47,549 bases of DNA from Folioceros fuciformis (taxonomy: Eukaryota). Below, piece after piece: positions 1 through 12,378 of this stretch. Both the position numbers and the translations under genes were made by a program. Where the stretch lies: assembly GCA_049999805.1 (NCBI GenBank), contig JBNGIO010006183.1, positions 1-47,549 of the forward strand. The letters run 5' to 3'. Within the stretch, counting starts at the first letter, position 1. Every line of letters starts with the position of its first letter. A model generated the notes under the pieces. It was not told the origin of the DNA and made no database searches. It was given only the letters and a program-made list of their open reading frames with translations.

Positions 1-402
1 TGTCTGCGGATGCACCAGGCGGCAGTTGCGTCCAACGTGGTGTCGCTCAAGGGGTTGGGTATGGGGGTAGGGCTGGGGAGCGTCGGGTCCAGTGGGGGGA
101 GCAGTACCATGGGGGCGTCTCACAGCTCCATAACCTCCCACAGCTCCATGGGGACGTCCCATCAGTCGCCTCATCAGTCTCACCAGTCGCCTGCGCACCA
201 GTCGCATCATTCCCACCAGTCGCCTCACCATTCCCATCAGTCGCCTCACCAGTCTCGCCAGTCTCCCTACCACTCCCACCAGTCGCCGCACCAGTCCCCG
301 CCCATGCAACCTCACTCCCCGGAACTGCACCACCAGTATAAACCGACCGCCATGCTCATGGGGATGGATACTCTGGATATAGGGCAAGCAATGTGGGCTT
401 GA
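1..402 (+). CDS. 3' part of a probable LOB-domain (LBD class I, LBD4/LBD12-like) transcription factor; 5' end lies outside the window
   Basis: Frame 1 is open from base 1. It begins CLRMHQA, resembling the end of the LOB leucine zipper (AQAEILCIQMQ/VVHLRVRQ), and ends MDTLDIGQAMWA*, resembling the LBD4-type C-terminal '...LGESMW' motif. The LOB domain core is not visible. Confidence 0.55.
   Translation, partial: CLRMHQAAVASNVVSLKGLGMGVGLGSVGSSGGSSTMGASHSSITSHSSMGTSHQSPHQSHQSPAHQSHHSHQSPHHSHQSPHQSRQSPYHSHQSPHQSPPMQPHSPELHHQYKPTAMLMGMDTLDIGQAMWA
155..300 (+). repeat. Coding low-complexity repeat (SHQSPHQ/H)n
   Basis: Imperfect CA(C/T)CAGTCGCCT reiterations in frame within the first CDS. Confidence 0.85.
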
Positions 403-1525
403 GAGCAGGGGACTGTCATTCCACACAGAGCTTCCAACTATTGTTCAGCTCGTCAATCGTTTCTTCTGCTGACCCATTTGCTGCAATTTTGTTTGAAGTG
501 GATCAAGGGCAGTCTCGTATGTACATGCACATGTTTACGCAGGCTGTGGTCATGGTCCGGCCTCCTGTCTCCCAGGACCTTGGCTACGAGGAGGTCTTTT
601 CCCACACTGGCAGATATTGTGTGTGGTTGTGCCCTGCAAGCTCGACGGATCGTGCTGCTAGCAAAGTAAGTTGCTGTGCAGCTCCGCCTCGGTGCTTGCC
701 GCAACCACATTCACTTCTCTATGGGGCAGGTTAACTTCAAAGTACTACTTCCCTTAGTTATAGATTTACAGATGCAGCTTTCTGGCTTGCTGTCTTGGGC
801 GGCAGCAGGTCAGGGAGCCTAGCTATGCTGATCCTGCTGGACTTACTCACATGTTTGGCTGAAGCTTTTAGTATTACCCCCTGTATAGTAGGTAGTTGGA
901 CCCTCTTGGTCGGAAGGTGTAGGGAGCATTGTAGGTTGAGTCCAGCGAAGACCACCCACCACGGGGCACACGACCTCTGGCTGGTCTGACGTCTGGACTC
1001 AGCTTAAAAGTTCTACAACAGTACCTAGAGGATCGATGGTAGCGGAGTTTCAACTTGTTGTAGCACTTTTAATCTTCAATTTATTCGGATCACGGTGTGG
1101 GTTGTATTTCAGAACGCTGTCCACTCTATCATGGCTTTGCTCTGCGAGAAAGTTGTCAGAGTGCGTGTAATACACTGGCATTTGAGTAAACTCAACACGG
1201 CAGCGCATCTCTGTGACCGAGGTGCACGGACTTCAAATGGAGCATGCTTGGGTCAGAATCGCACCAAGAGTAGTACACCGTGCGAAAGTGGGGGTTGTTG
1301 CTTCAAGACCCGTAAGCCGGATGACCAATGGGGGTATGACTGAGGGTCGACAGACCCGGGCTGGGTCTATCATGGGCATTTGTGCCTTGGATTCCAAATT
1401 GGGCTCTACCTCCAGAGCCCGTTTCAGGACTTTGGGTGGGACAAAGATCGTGCGTGGAAGGCCAAGGATCGTGCGAAGAAAGCGATAGAATTGATAAAAA
1501 AAGGGCGATGCCAGAGTTAAGGTTG

Positions 1526-1592
1526 TGTACTGTGCAGTGCAGTGCGGTGTGGTATGGTGCGGTGTACATTGCAGTGCAGTGCAACGCTGTGT
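1526..1592. repeat. Degenerate pentanucleotide tract (GTGCA/GTGCG/GTGTG)
   Basis: tgtgcagtgcagtgcggtgtggtatggtgcggtgtacattgcagtgcagtgc. Confidence 0.6.
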
Positions 1593-2179
1593 GTGGATTA
1601 CAGGGGGGATTGACTTTGTAACTTCCACAAACATGTATGCCCCCCCACCCGCCTGCTGTGAGAGCAGACAACCAACTGAGAGACAAGACATTCGCGCGTA
1701 CAGCTCCTAACACGAGCTCATACCGGGTCAAACAGGCCGCGTTTCTTCTTGTGTACTAACACCAGCAAACATGGGTCAACCAATTATTGGCGCAGACAAG
1801 GCCAACCCCTTGTTGCTACCCCAGGTGTGCTGTCGCGGTTTGTACAAAGCCACTGTTCACCCAGTTAGTGGAGCTTGGCATCCTGGGCTTGCCCCTGCCC
1901 CGTTGTCCCGTTTCCACCCACAAGTCTAATCCCCTCTTCCGTGCGGATTTTCCCCCTTCCTTGGGAGACGCACCCTCCACCAGTATTCAAAGGCCTTCAA
2001 TGCCCTTCAAGCTGCTCATACTTCTGAAGTTCAAGGGGTGTGCACCGTAAATGCGACACGAAAGAGGACTCCACTTTGTAACTGTCACATCACCTCGTAA
2101 ATGACATGTCCGAGTGCTTCCAGTACGTACATACGCTCAGTGTAGATGTCTGACTCTGGAAACGTCTGAACGATCCGCT

Positions 2180-3460
2180 AAAGGTGATTGCTCTGATGAA
2201 GGCAATATTAGAATATTATACACCTTTCCTTGCCTCCTGGTTGCACTTGATTCTGAAGCAAGCCATTTACAATTGTTGTTTGCAACGCCTGGTGGTTCGT
2301 GATTCCATAGCGCCCTGTCTGGCCTGTGTAAGTCGCCGCACCCACATACTGCACCTCGTCCCGCTGAATAATCCACGTCCACCCAGTCTGTTTCTCGGGG
2401 CTGACGATTTGATTATCACGGAAGGATGTGGTGGCATGGACGGTGCTGGTTGCCGGATATTCTCACTGAGGGTTCCCTCATTACGCATTTGTCGTGTATT
2501 AGCCAAAATCAGGGAGCGGCTGATTTTGGCTAACCATGTTGCTTTTGTTTGCTTGCCCTTCTGAAGTCTCGTGGAAGGACCGTGCCTTGCAGAAAGGCCC
2601 GGCAGCTGCACTCACAGACTGTGGAAACACGACTGCTGCATGACGTAGTGGTGCCAGGCAACTACCTGATGGACGTGTGCCAAATGTGGTGGACTGCAAG
2701 ATGCCCGCCAGGTTTTTGTTTTTGACTTGACCCAAAAGACTGTGCTGACATGGACGACACTAATCGCTGGGTATGCACAGCAGGGGCAAGACGTGCTCGT
2801 TGTGTGTGGACTAATGGAGCAGGAGGGTCTGATATGTGCTGACCACATGAATCGTACTTTCCTTTTGAAGGCCTGTGCCATCGGTGGTGTCTTAGGGAAG
2901 GGCAGGATTTGGCACTCACAGAATGTGGAGCGAGGACGTACTTTCGGGCAACTGACCGACGGACATGCAAGCAAACTGTGGTGAACTGGAAGATGCACGC
3001 AAGGTTTTTGACAGCTTGGCCACACAGGATGTAGTGACATGGAGTGCCCTGGTAGCTGGAGGGTTTGCACAGCAAGAAGAGTTTCTGGTTATGTTTGCAC
3101 AAAGGGGGGAGGGGGCCTAATTTTGGCTACCTTACTAGTTTTGCTTGCCCTCTGAGGGCCTTTGCAAGCGCGGGTGCCTGACCGAGTGGCACGCAGGCAG
3201 CTGCTCTCGCAGATTGTCGAAAGAGGAGTGCTGGACGACGCACTGGTAGCAACTGTGTGCCTGGTGGACGGAACAAGTGGAGGAGGGAGCAACTTGCAGT
3301 CACTGACAACCGAAATTGGAGTGCTGGATGACGAAATGGTGGGCATCTGTTTGGTGGACATGTATGCAAAATGTCGTTGACTGTATGATGCACGCCAGAT
3401 TTTTGGCAGCATCAACACGAAGATATCTTGTGACCGTGTTGCCCCTGATACCTGGTTACG
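2180..3460 (+). pseudogene. Degenerate PLS-class pentatricopeptide repeat (PPR) gene remnant
   Basis: PPR motifs spread over shifting frames with stops: YTFPCLL (~2220), KDVVAWTVLVAGYSH* (2421-), LMDVCQ/CGGLQDARQVF (~2670-2715), KTVLTWTTLIAGYAQQG, TFLLKAC...LGKGRIWHSQ, QDVVTWSALVAG (~3025), VGICLVDMYAKCR*LYDARQIF (3340-3403). Confidence 0.85.
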
Positions 3461-4089
3461 GTACATGCATGATAACTGGCTGTGGTACTTGCACGGTGCT
3501 CACAAGCGATAGCTTGTTTTGAGGAGATGTTTGTTGCCGGTATCCAGCCTAATGATGGGAAGGGGGGGACCGAAGTTAGAGGCAGTGAGGACGATGCGGG
3601 CTGACAAAGCACTTTATCTCAGAGCATCGTCCAGAGGACGACAAAGATCGACATGGAACAACCTCTGGTCGTCCCCCATCCAAACGTGCCATGTCTGTAC
3701 CAGGCATTTGCTTTCCGCGTCAAACGATAGCTGCAAGCTTCATACCCTTTGGAGTGTTTGATGATCAACCACGTCTTTGCAACTGGTTACCAGTGCGTCA
3801 AGGGTGTCTCCGGCCAGACGTCCTGCACGCCGTCCCGCACTACTTTGTGGAGAAAAATGGAGACTTACTGTGGGAAAAAGAGATGGAAAGAATCCATCAA
3901 CCCTATATGGAGAGCGTGAGAGGCATGATCCTAAAACACCCTTCCTCTTGCTATACCTGCCCATCCTCTAGACTGCCACGCTTTGCATGTATGCTCATCA
4001 AAATGCTAGCCTAGCTATGACAAGGTCAGTTTCAAGGCCATGCTCTCTTTTCTGTGCGTAGGGCTGCTTTCCTTAANNNNNNNNNNAAC

Positions 4090-4400
4090 ACATCAGCTTG
4101 TTGAAGTGCGTGATGTGCAAGCATCTCCTTCCCCTGCTCGAAAGCCTGACGAAAAGCCTGGGGGTTAACCTGGGCCATTTCAAGGTGGGCTCTCATGCGG
4201 TTCTAGAGTGTAGCAGACAAGAACCGATCAAGATTAGTCACCTATGCCAAACTAGAAGGAACATGATGGAGGCACCTGTTGAAGTACCACCAAGGGCCTC
4301 CGCAAGGCCCAGGTACACCCGTTCGTTGCCAATGCTCAAAGCTCCCACTACAATTAACGTTCTAGAGTTCTGCACAAGGGAGTCTGTGGCTCTTGCACCG
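4090..4400 (-). pseudogene. Fragment of an SNM1/PSO2-like DNA cross-link repair nuclease (beta-CASP region)
   Basis: Minus strand reads QNSRTLIVVGALSIGNERVYLGLAEALG, compared with plant SNM1 RTLIVVGSYSIGKECVYLAIAKALG as recalled. It continues *EPTLKWPRLTPRL...RCLHITHFNKL, compared with FGWDDISKNL...TCLHVLPMSSL. In-frame stops are present and a gap adjoins at 4077-4086. Confidence 0.55.
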
Positions 4401-5094
4401 ATTTTGTGACTCCACAGATAGACGGGTCGAAAATCTCCATTGTACCAAAGCCTTCCCTCGGTTCGCAGTTTGAAGTGGATGACAGCTGCTGCCTGAGAGC
4501 ATCTTCACCTCCACACCACCACCTTCGAAGTTTCCATTGCAATAGCATGGATCCCCCCGAAGGACGCACTTGCGTAACTCAAATTTGGGTTAGCCAACGG
4601 CCGTGGCATAGCAAACAGCCACCCAAGGCGTCTCAAGGCAGAAAGTCCCAGCCCAACAGACCAGATGTGTCAATGTAGATATTGCAGCGCACCTGGAGCC
4701 CTGAGCGCACTTGGCAAACTCCACACGATTCACGCCATCCGCTCAGCAGCAGCGCACCACTTCATACCACTTGTGAGAAACACTGATCGAACAACTGTTC
4801 TCCTTGGCTTGCGATTTCAACTGGCCTACCCACCAGAACTTTCATAATAGTGGCTATGCTTCATGGCTTGGCTGATCGACGAGGCTAAGATCGCATGGGT
4901 CTAACCACGAAGTAGGCAAGTCGGTGCTTGATGCTCCTGCTTAATTTGACGCGGTTGGAGATCCAAAGTAGCCACCTAATCACTGATAATGCTGCATCAT
5001 AGGCTTCGGTTGAGTTTTTTCGGAGTCGGCGAGGAGCACAAGAGTAGAGCCATCAACTGACGGCGGGTTCCGAACTGGGGGACTCGCTAGCTGC

Positions 5095-7891
5095 ATGGCA
5101 GGAAGTGGTAGTAGTTCAACCACTATTTCTAGTTGCAGTGATGGGGTTCAGAAGGAGGGAGATTCTGTAGTAGATCAGCATTGCCAGCAAGCAGCGGAGG
5201 AAAGTGTGTGGGTGCCGGGAAAGCGTCATCCGAACGAGGTTAGTAGGATCTATGCTGGTTGTACTTGGTTCTCCTCGGCACCTCTGATGGACTTGTTTCG
5301 CAGGATGAGACAAGCGAGTCGTGGAGAAAGCGTCGAAAGCATTTCTTCATTCTCAGCAATGCAGGAAAGCCAATCTTTTCAAGGTAAGGAGCTCTGAGTC
5401 GTTTTAACCACATTGTTTGTCTGTTGCACCTTGGGATTCACCGTGGAGTGGATCCAGATATGGAGATGAGGACAAGCTGGCTGGGTTTACGGCGACGTTG
5501 CAAGCAATTATGTCTTTCGTTCAAAACCGGTGCGGACCTACCTCAGTTTTCCAACCTCTTCAAACGCTTTGTCGTACGACGATTTTGCCGCCCTGCATGT
5601 CGAAGGGCTTTGGATATGGCTTGACCCAACGTGTGTATTTTCTTTTCATTTTGTCTCGATTTTCTTGGACTATGTAGTGGGGACCTCATTCACTCTGTGC
5701 GAGCAGGAGATCATCAGGTAACCTTTGTGGTCATGGAGATAGAGGTTACATGCTCCAAATTCTGCCCTTCCGTCTCGACGTTTCGAAGTTCTTGGTCAAG
5801 GAGATCTCATGACGTTACTTCTTTACTACAGATTGTATTCGTTGTCAAGGGACCCCTTTACCTGGTGTCTATTTCGGCGACAGGGGAACCTATTCACTCT
5901 CTGAAAGAGCAGCTGCAGCTGTTGCATGGACAGGTAGTCTCTGCATGTATTGGTCCTGCATTAGTTTGCTTCCTTATTTACGGCTGGCCGAAGGTTCAAG
6001 CCAATATTTACTGCTGGATGCTCTGCACGGAGCATTGTGCAGTTGGTGCTCATCTTGACGGAGGCAGTAGATAAATGCTTTTTGAGGAATGCGAAATTTG
6101 ATATGAGGCCTCTGCTTAGGGGTACCGAGATTGTCTTTTCATCTTTAATCCATGCCTTCAGTTGGTATGTATTACTTTTCGCCGCTGGCCCTTCGATGTC
6201 TTCAGTGCACGTCAGTCTTCGATTCGTACTGATTGGAATTTCTGCAACTAGTTGTTTTCTGTCGTTGTCCATGTATTGACATCTCTCTGCGCAACAGGAA
6301 TTTTGAAACTTTCCTACATGCATACACTTGCTTGCCTCTTCCTCATGCAACTAGGCAGACGGTTGGTGCTGCTTTGGAAGAAATCGCTCAGTCAGGAGTC
6401 TTGTTTGCTCTCTTGATGTTTGGGAGAAAGGTCAGCAGCCTTTATCTTCTGCAGTAAAAGTTTCTGTGGTATGAGTTGTTCGTAAAATCCCCTGGTGGTG
6501 GTGGCCTTCTCTGGACGTTTTAGGTCATAAGCCTTGCTGGTCATCAAAAAACTCCTCTTCATCCAGACGATATATACTTGCTGTCCAACTTTGTGTCATC
6601 ATCAGCTTCATTCAGGTGACTGAAGTAGTTGTCAATCTGGCACACTGCTACATTTGCAAATTTGCTTCATATGCTGATGGGCTTTTCCTAAAACTGCACA
6701 GGACCACGGAGTCTTTCACTCCCATATGCCTTCCCCACTTCAATTCCGCGGCTTTTCTGTATGTATATATACATTACATTGAAGTAAGTTTGTGCGTGTT
6801 GGACTAGTCACCATGTTTTAGCTTCCGCACATAACTGCATAACTAAGCATATTTTATTGGTGGGCCTGTTTCCAGGCAGATACTTGCTTGATTTTGGTAA
6901 CGGTCCATTCAGACTCCTTTTTCCATCTTCAAGAGTGCAGGTATGCGAACTTCCTTTCCGAAGTTCATCGGCTGATTGGATATATCCCATGAAAAATTGC
7001 TCTTTTGGAAAGTAAAGACTGTTTCAGTTTGGGTTCATGAAGTTCATGATTCGCAGGACGCGCATAGAGGTGATTCTACGAGACATGAACGCCTTACGTG
7101 ACATCAATCTGTCAGTGTCACAAGGGGGTCTCCGGATAGAGGAATTGCCTACTCGTGAGAGACTACGAAAAACAGACAACGGATCTGCAAGCCAGCAAAA
7201 GTCGTCAGAAGCTGCCCCCACAGGACTCTACCACTTTTTATATAGAAGCAGCTCTTTGGACCAGTTTGTTGCGTCAGAATACTCATCTGCCTTGCAGAAG
7301 CAAAGTGACCAAAAAAGGTATCACAGAACTCGGCTACTTCACAGCTAAGATTCTGGTGCACGCTCTTGTTTAGACCACATGTTCACCTGAGAGTCATGGC
7401 AGCTCTGAACATCCACAGAATTTCTGATTTAACCGGTTTGATGTGGCAGATTGTTCAGAGCTTACCAGAAACTCCACGGTTCTTTGCACGATATGGACGG
7501 GGCGCAGGGGACTATGCACAAGATGCAGTATAAGCGAGATGAAAGTTTTGGTACGTTGTCTTAGAGGAGCTCAACGAGTTTGCACACCTGCAGTTGTTTT
7601 GCTAGGTTCCGGTCCACGTGCAGTCTGAAAATGCTTTCTTTGCTGCAGTTCTGCTGTCCTGGAGGACCGCAGACTTCGAACTGTATGCAGCTTTCAACCC
7701 TGCAGCTGAGAAGGTTTGCACTCTTAGCACATGCTGTGGCTTGCAACGCCCAAGTTTCGAGCAGACTCTGAACCCTGGTTGGCCTCCTTTGAAAGCAGAG
7801 CTCGGCAATAGCTGTGTGCAACAGAGTTTGTCAGTGGCTGCGTAACATGGAAAGTGACATTTTCCTGTTGAGCACGGATCCATTTGGATGG
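5095..7891 (+). CDS. MON1: Vacuolar fusion protein MON1/SAND family (Rab7 GEF subunit), 14 exons; position of the stop uncertain
   Basis: GT-AG exons: 5095-5238, 5304-5383, 5458-5529, 5678-5717, 5832-5933, 6043-6164, 6298-6430, 6524-6615, 6702-6783, 6876-6940, 7057-7317, 7450-7550, 7649-7713, 7799-7890. Motifs [68 protein letters not shown]...IFLL..DPFGW. Confidence 0.93.
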
Positions 7892-9260
7892 TACGTGAGT
7901 CAAGTCCCATGTTTTTAGTAGTTAATCTGAGCTCTGAGTTTGAAGGCATGATTTCCAGTTCTTGTGCCGTGAATGCTAGACGCTTCCCTTGCTTGGCGAC
8001 TCCGTAGGAATAATGATCTAGCACTAATTTGTGTTGTTGCCTTAGACTAAAATGGTTTGTTGAGCAATAGGTATTGCATTCGTTTGTTAGCCAAAAAAAA
8101 TAGTTTTTGCGTCCGTTATTTAGAAGTTCTTTAGCTCTTCGTAGCTGGTAATTTCGGATGGGGGAAGTGGGGCGTGATTTTAAGCCATTAGAACCGAGGC
8201 TTGAAGTTCTTTCTGTCTGTGGACTCTGCAGGGACCATTGTGGATATGGTTGTTGGGAGGCCACGTTGGCTGTTCTCTGCCTAGATCATGGACGATAGAT
8301 CATGGGCCTATGTAGCATAGGAATTGATTACCGTGTACCCTGGAGCCAGCATTCTGTTTCAACTTAGTTAACTCACTTGGAAAAGGCACCTTGATAGGTA
8401 TTTACAAGCTGAGCCCTGTCTGCACACAGTGGTGCATGCTGATTGTGTCGTCCATGAATTTCTGTAGTCACACATTGCGCTCCGACCGGACCAGTCAGTC
8501 TGACCCCTGGCCTTGTTACGTTCTGCCTGATGACAAAGCTTGGATGTTGACAGGGATGCGAAGGTCGTTGCTGGTAACTATTTCCTTCAGCTGTGAAGCC
8601 AGCAAATGTGCAACCGGCTTTTCTTTGTCAATCGTTAGGCTCCGAGCCAAGGAAGCTTTCCTCTTGTGGTCGCCAGCTTTCTAGAATCTTGAAGTGTTGT
8701 CCTAGCGGCGTTTCAGTGGCTCGTCAGCCATGTCTGAGCGAGTCTGCACCTGGTATGTGGGTATTTGCCGCATGACTCTGGCATGGGTAATACGTTCGAG
8801 CATTTACGGCAACCAGACAGTGTGGTCTCACTTCCCTTCAGCGCAGCTTGAGGAGATGCTTTCAACACCTTACGGTCTGGGAAGAAAGGTTCGCGTGCAT
8901 GGAGCGTGGATGTTGGGACGCTTGGGAGAAAAGCTTGGGCGGGCGAGGCGTAGAGGGTCCAACACGAAGATTATCTCTAGAGGTTGGCGGGTTGTCATTT
9001 CATAGCTCCAGCCGGCTCTGACTTTTTGGGCATAAATTAGCTCAGTTGTCTCGAGCCAGCACCGATCCAGGCCCTTTCTCGTCAGGATCCTTCGTTGCCG
9101 TTTTCAGGCTGCTACAGTTCTTGCACACATTGTACCCAGATTCCTCCTCAAGGAAAGGAGTGGACAAGACTTCAACGTGTCACAATGAAACATTCAACCT
9201 GTGTACCCTTCCAACAATGAGGCAGGAATCATGGTTCGACCATGCCTGACCATGAGAGGG

Positions 9261-10035
9261 TGTGACGGCAGACCATCATTACGATTGAGGACCGCTTCGG
9301 TTGAAAAGTTAAGAAAACTTTAAGAAAGTTGAAATTTTACTAGACTAAAGAAAATTGAGAAGAACTTTGGGTGACAGTCGAAGCATACCGAACTGCGGAA
9401 CATAACAAAATGGGAAAACTAAGTGGACAAACGTAACAAAGCTTGCTTAAGAAGTAAGCACCAGAGCTTGCTAAAGGAGCAACAAAAAGTAACAAAGCTT
9501 AATAAGGGAGTAAGCAAGAGGTCTTGCTAAAGGAGCAACAAAAAGTAACAAAGCTTAATAAGGGAGTAAGTAAGAGGGCTTGCTTGCTAAAGGAGCATGC
9601 ATGAAACATGCAGCCCTCATTGGAGCTTAAGCTAGATAGTTACTAAAAAAATTAACTAGAGTTTTAGTATAAAAGGGGGTCTAGCCTTGGGCTAAGAACA
9701 CACTTCTCCTATGCCTTGAGAGCATTCCATCCTTCGATTGTGACCACCCAAGGTGTGTGCTCTCTCTAAGAGAGCTCTTGTGGAGGAGGTCGAGTGGAGA
9801 AAGAGTTGAGCTTCTAGCTTAAGTGAAGATAGGGGAGTTCTCTCTACCCCTCCTATGTTGCATATTCTTATTGATTCATGATATTGAAATAAAGAGCAAC
9901 TGCAAGTCCTCTTAGGAGAGGAAGGCAGGCTACTTAGAGGCCTAGTGTTGGTGTCTAGTGTTAAGTGCTTGTTGTTGCTCTTGTTCTTGCTTCTAACTGC
10001 ACAATTTGCCCCACCTCGTTGGAAGGGGTACTAGT
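9261..10035 (+). repeat. Putative 5' LTR with internal ~57-bp tandem repeats (9430-9600)
   Basis: Lies between a TG start and the PBS; TATAAAA at ~9668; repeated gcttgctaaaggagcaacaaaaagtaacaaagcttaataagggagtaag. Boundaries are approximate. Confidence 0.55.
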
Positions 10036-10038
10036 TGG

Positions 10039-10050
10039 TGGTATGAGAGC
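10039..10050 (+). promoter_or_regulatory. Primer binding site (tRNA-iMet type, one mismatch)
   Basis: TGGTATGAGAGC versus the canonical TGGTATCAGAGC, about 100 bp before gag. Confidence 0.7.
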
Positions 10051-10144
10051 TAAGGTTGAAGCATCCTTCATTGGTATGATAGTTTGAGATGGTAGTTCTT
10101 GCTTAGCTAAGCAGAGTAAGAAAGCTCTGCTTGTTGAAGCCGTT

Positions 10145-11135
10145 GTGGAAGAGCCACAAAAGAAAGAGACCTTAGAGCAGAGGACCAGCACCATGATAGA
10201 GGACCAACTCCAAAAGATCATGATGAGACTAGATGCCATGGATCAAGTGATCAAAGGCCAATGGAAGCTCACAGAAGTTGAGCAAGAAGAGTTGGAGCTT
10301 AAACCAAGGAGCAGTGGTGTAAGAAAGTCCAAGAAGTTAAAGTTGAGCATACAGGCCCCAAAACGTTACAAGGGTGAATGTAATGTAGAGAAAATCAATT
10401 CTTGGTTTTTCTCTTTGGAAGCGTACTTTGAGTTGTGTGGAATTCCGCAAGACGAGTTTCTTAGGTACATCACAAATTTCTTAGAAGACCATGCTCTTAC
10501 TTGGTGGAGAACTTATGTAGAAAGCGTAAGACAAGGCAATCACAAAGCAACTATTTTCACATGGGCAGACTTCAAGAAAGCATTGCAACTTCATTTCCAA
10601 CCAGCTAATGCTACGATTTTGGGGCAAAGGAGGCTTGACAATATCAAGCATAATGGAACTTTGCAGGAGTACGTGAGTGAGTTCATCTCAATTGTCTTAC
10701 AATGTCCTGAAATGCATGAGCAGGATAAACTCCACAAGTTTACAACTGGACTTAAGAGGTGGGCTCATGATAAAGTCAGGTTGACTAATCCTCAAACTCT
10801 ACAAGAGGCTATAGCAGTAGCAGATGCGATATCAGACATGCATAATTATTGAAGAAGCATCAATGTCAAGCGGAAAGTATATGAGATCTCAAGATAGATC
10901 TAGAAGTAGAGGACAAGCTACTTCCACTTGGAATAGTGGAACAAATGAAATTATTAGCAGAGGAAGAGCTAGAGGAGATAAACGAAGTCACGGAAAACAA
11001 CGAGCAAAGCCTATCTCGAGTGTGTGCTATGGTTGTGGAGAGCAAGGACATTTTGTTAGGAATTGTTCATATGTTAAAGATTCTAAGTTGAATTTGCTAG
11101 CAACCAATTCTTTTGTGTTCAATTCTAAGACCTAG
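10145..11135 (+). pseudogene. Retrotransposon gag with frameshifted CCHC zinc knuckle
   Basis: ORF 10145-10852 (PKRYKG...WFFSLEAYF...LEDHALTWW...TWADFKKAL...FTTGLK) and overlapping ORF 10824-11135 (CYGCGEQGHFVRNC). Confidence 0.88.
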
Positions 11136-12077
11136 GATTCTAGAAGCTTATGAAGAGCCCAAATAAAGCTAAGGCCTAGCCCATATGTTGTGAAAGAATG
11201 TGGTGAGTCATGAAGTGTCAAGAATGTCATCCATGACTCAACACATCTCGAATTAATGTCATTGATACTAATTTGAGGGAAGACGAAGCCCTACTATATA
11301 TACTTAGGAAGATAAATGGCTATGACGTAGAGTTGTTTGATTCTACAACCACCCACAATGTCATAACTCCTTGCGCAAGAGAGCTCAACTTAGAATAGGC
11401 TAAAAATTCCACACTAAGGCATATGGAATCAAGCAAGCTAAGAGCACTTTTTGGGTGAATTGTATGAAGTAGAGGCGTAAGAAGGAAGTAAGAATTTCAC
11501 AATTGTGGAGATAGATGATCACAAAATCATCTTACATTTAGAGTGGAGGAGATCCAATGAAGTACACCTTCATTGAGAGCACCTTATAGATGGTGATAAG
11601 GTGTATTGCTCAAACTTAAGCAACAACTATCCAACCTATTAGCCAAAGGATAGATAAGACTTTGTTAGTCTCCTTTTGGTGTTCCCTTCTTGTTCACATG
11701 CAAAAAGAATGGAGGACTAAAATTATGTTTGGATTACAGAGTTTTGAATCAAATTATGATCAAGAATGTATATCCTTTGCCAAGAATGGATATATTGGAC
11801 AAAATGAAGGGTGCCAAATATTTCACCAAGCTTGATGGTAGAGTACTATTAAATCAAGATTGCAGATGGGCAAGAATAGAAAATAGCATATAGAACAAGG
11901 TGTGGATCTTTTAAGTTCCTTATCATGCCTTTCAAACATACTAATGTACTTGCCAAATTTCATACTTTAATATGGTGGACAAATGTGTTGTCATCTATTT
12001 AGATGATATTTTGATATGTAGTCATATCTTGGAGGAAAGTGGCAACAAGGGCAACTTTGTGAGCTTCCCAAAAAGCT

Positions 12078-12378
12078 AATCGGTTGTATGTGATTGAGGT
12101 AACAAATAAACTGAAGTTGATCGCTTGTGTACAACTAGGTTAGCAAATGAACTAAATATGGTTGGCCTGAAGCTGGTCGGCGGTGTATGACTGAGGCAAT
12201 TAATAAACTGAAGGTGGTTGGTTGTATGTGACTCAAGCAACAAATAAATTGAAGCTGGTCAGCTATGAATGATTGAGGCAATAAATAAATTGAAGCTGGT
12301 CAGCTATGATTGATTGAGGCAACAAATAAACTGAAGTTGGTCGGCTGGGTTTAACTAAGGCAACAAATAAATTGAACT
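12078..12378. repeat. 41-bp tandem array, about 7 imperfect copies
   Basis: Unit ~tgattgaggcaacaaataaa(c/t)tgaagctggtc(a/g)gct(a/g)t; aaataaa recurs at 12242, 12283, 12324 and 12365. Confidence 0.85.

Larger units (their letters stand above)
9261..12040 (+). mobile_element. 5' half of a degenerate Ty3/gypsy LTR retrotransposon (LTR-PBS-gag-PR-RT), truncated within RT
   Basis: TG start at 9261; PBS-like TGGTATGAGAGC at 10039-10050; gag ORF; CCHC knuckle; protease-like LFDSTTTHN (~11335); RT motifs LCLDYRVLN...YPLPRMD...GAKYFTKLD and VVIYLDDIL (~11987-12015). Confidence 0.9.

Noticed and set aside
7602-8264. 220-aa minus-strand ORF
   Set aside because: Antisense to the last MON1 exons and introns; no recognisable motif.
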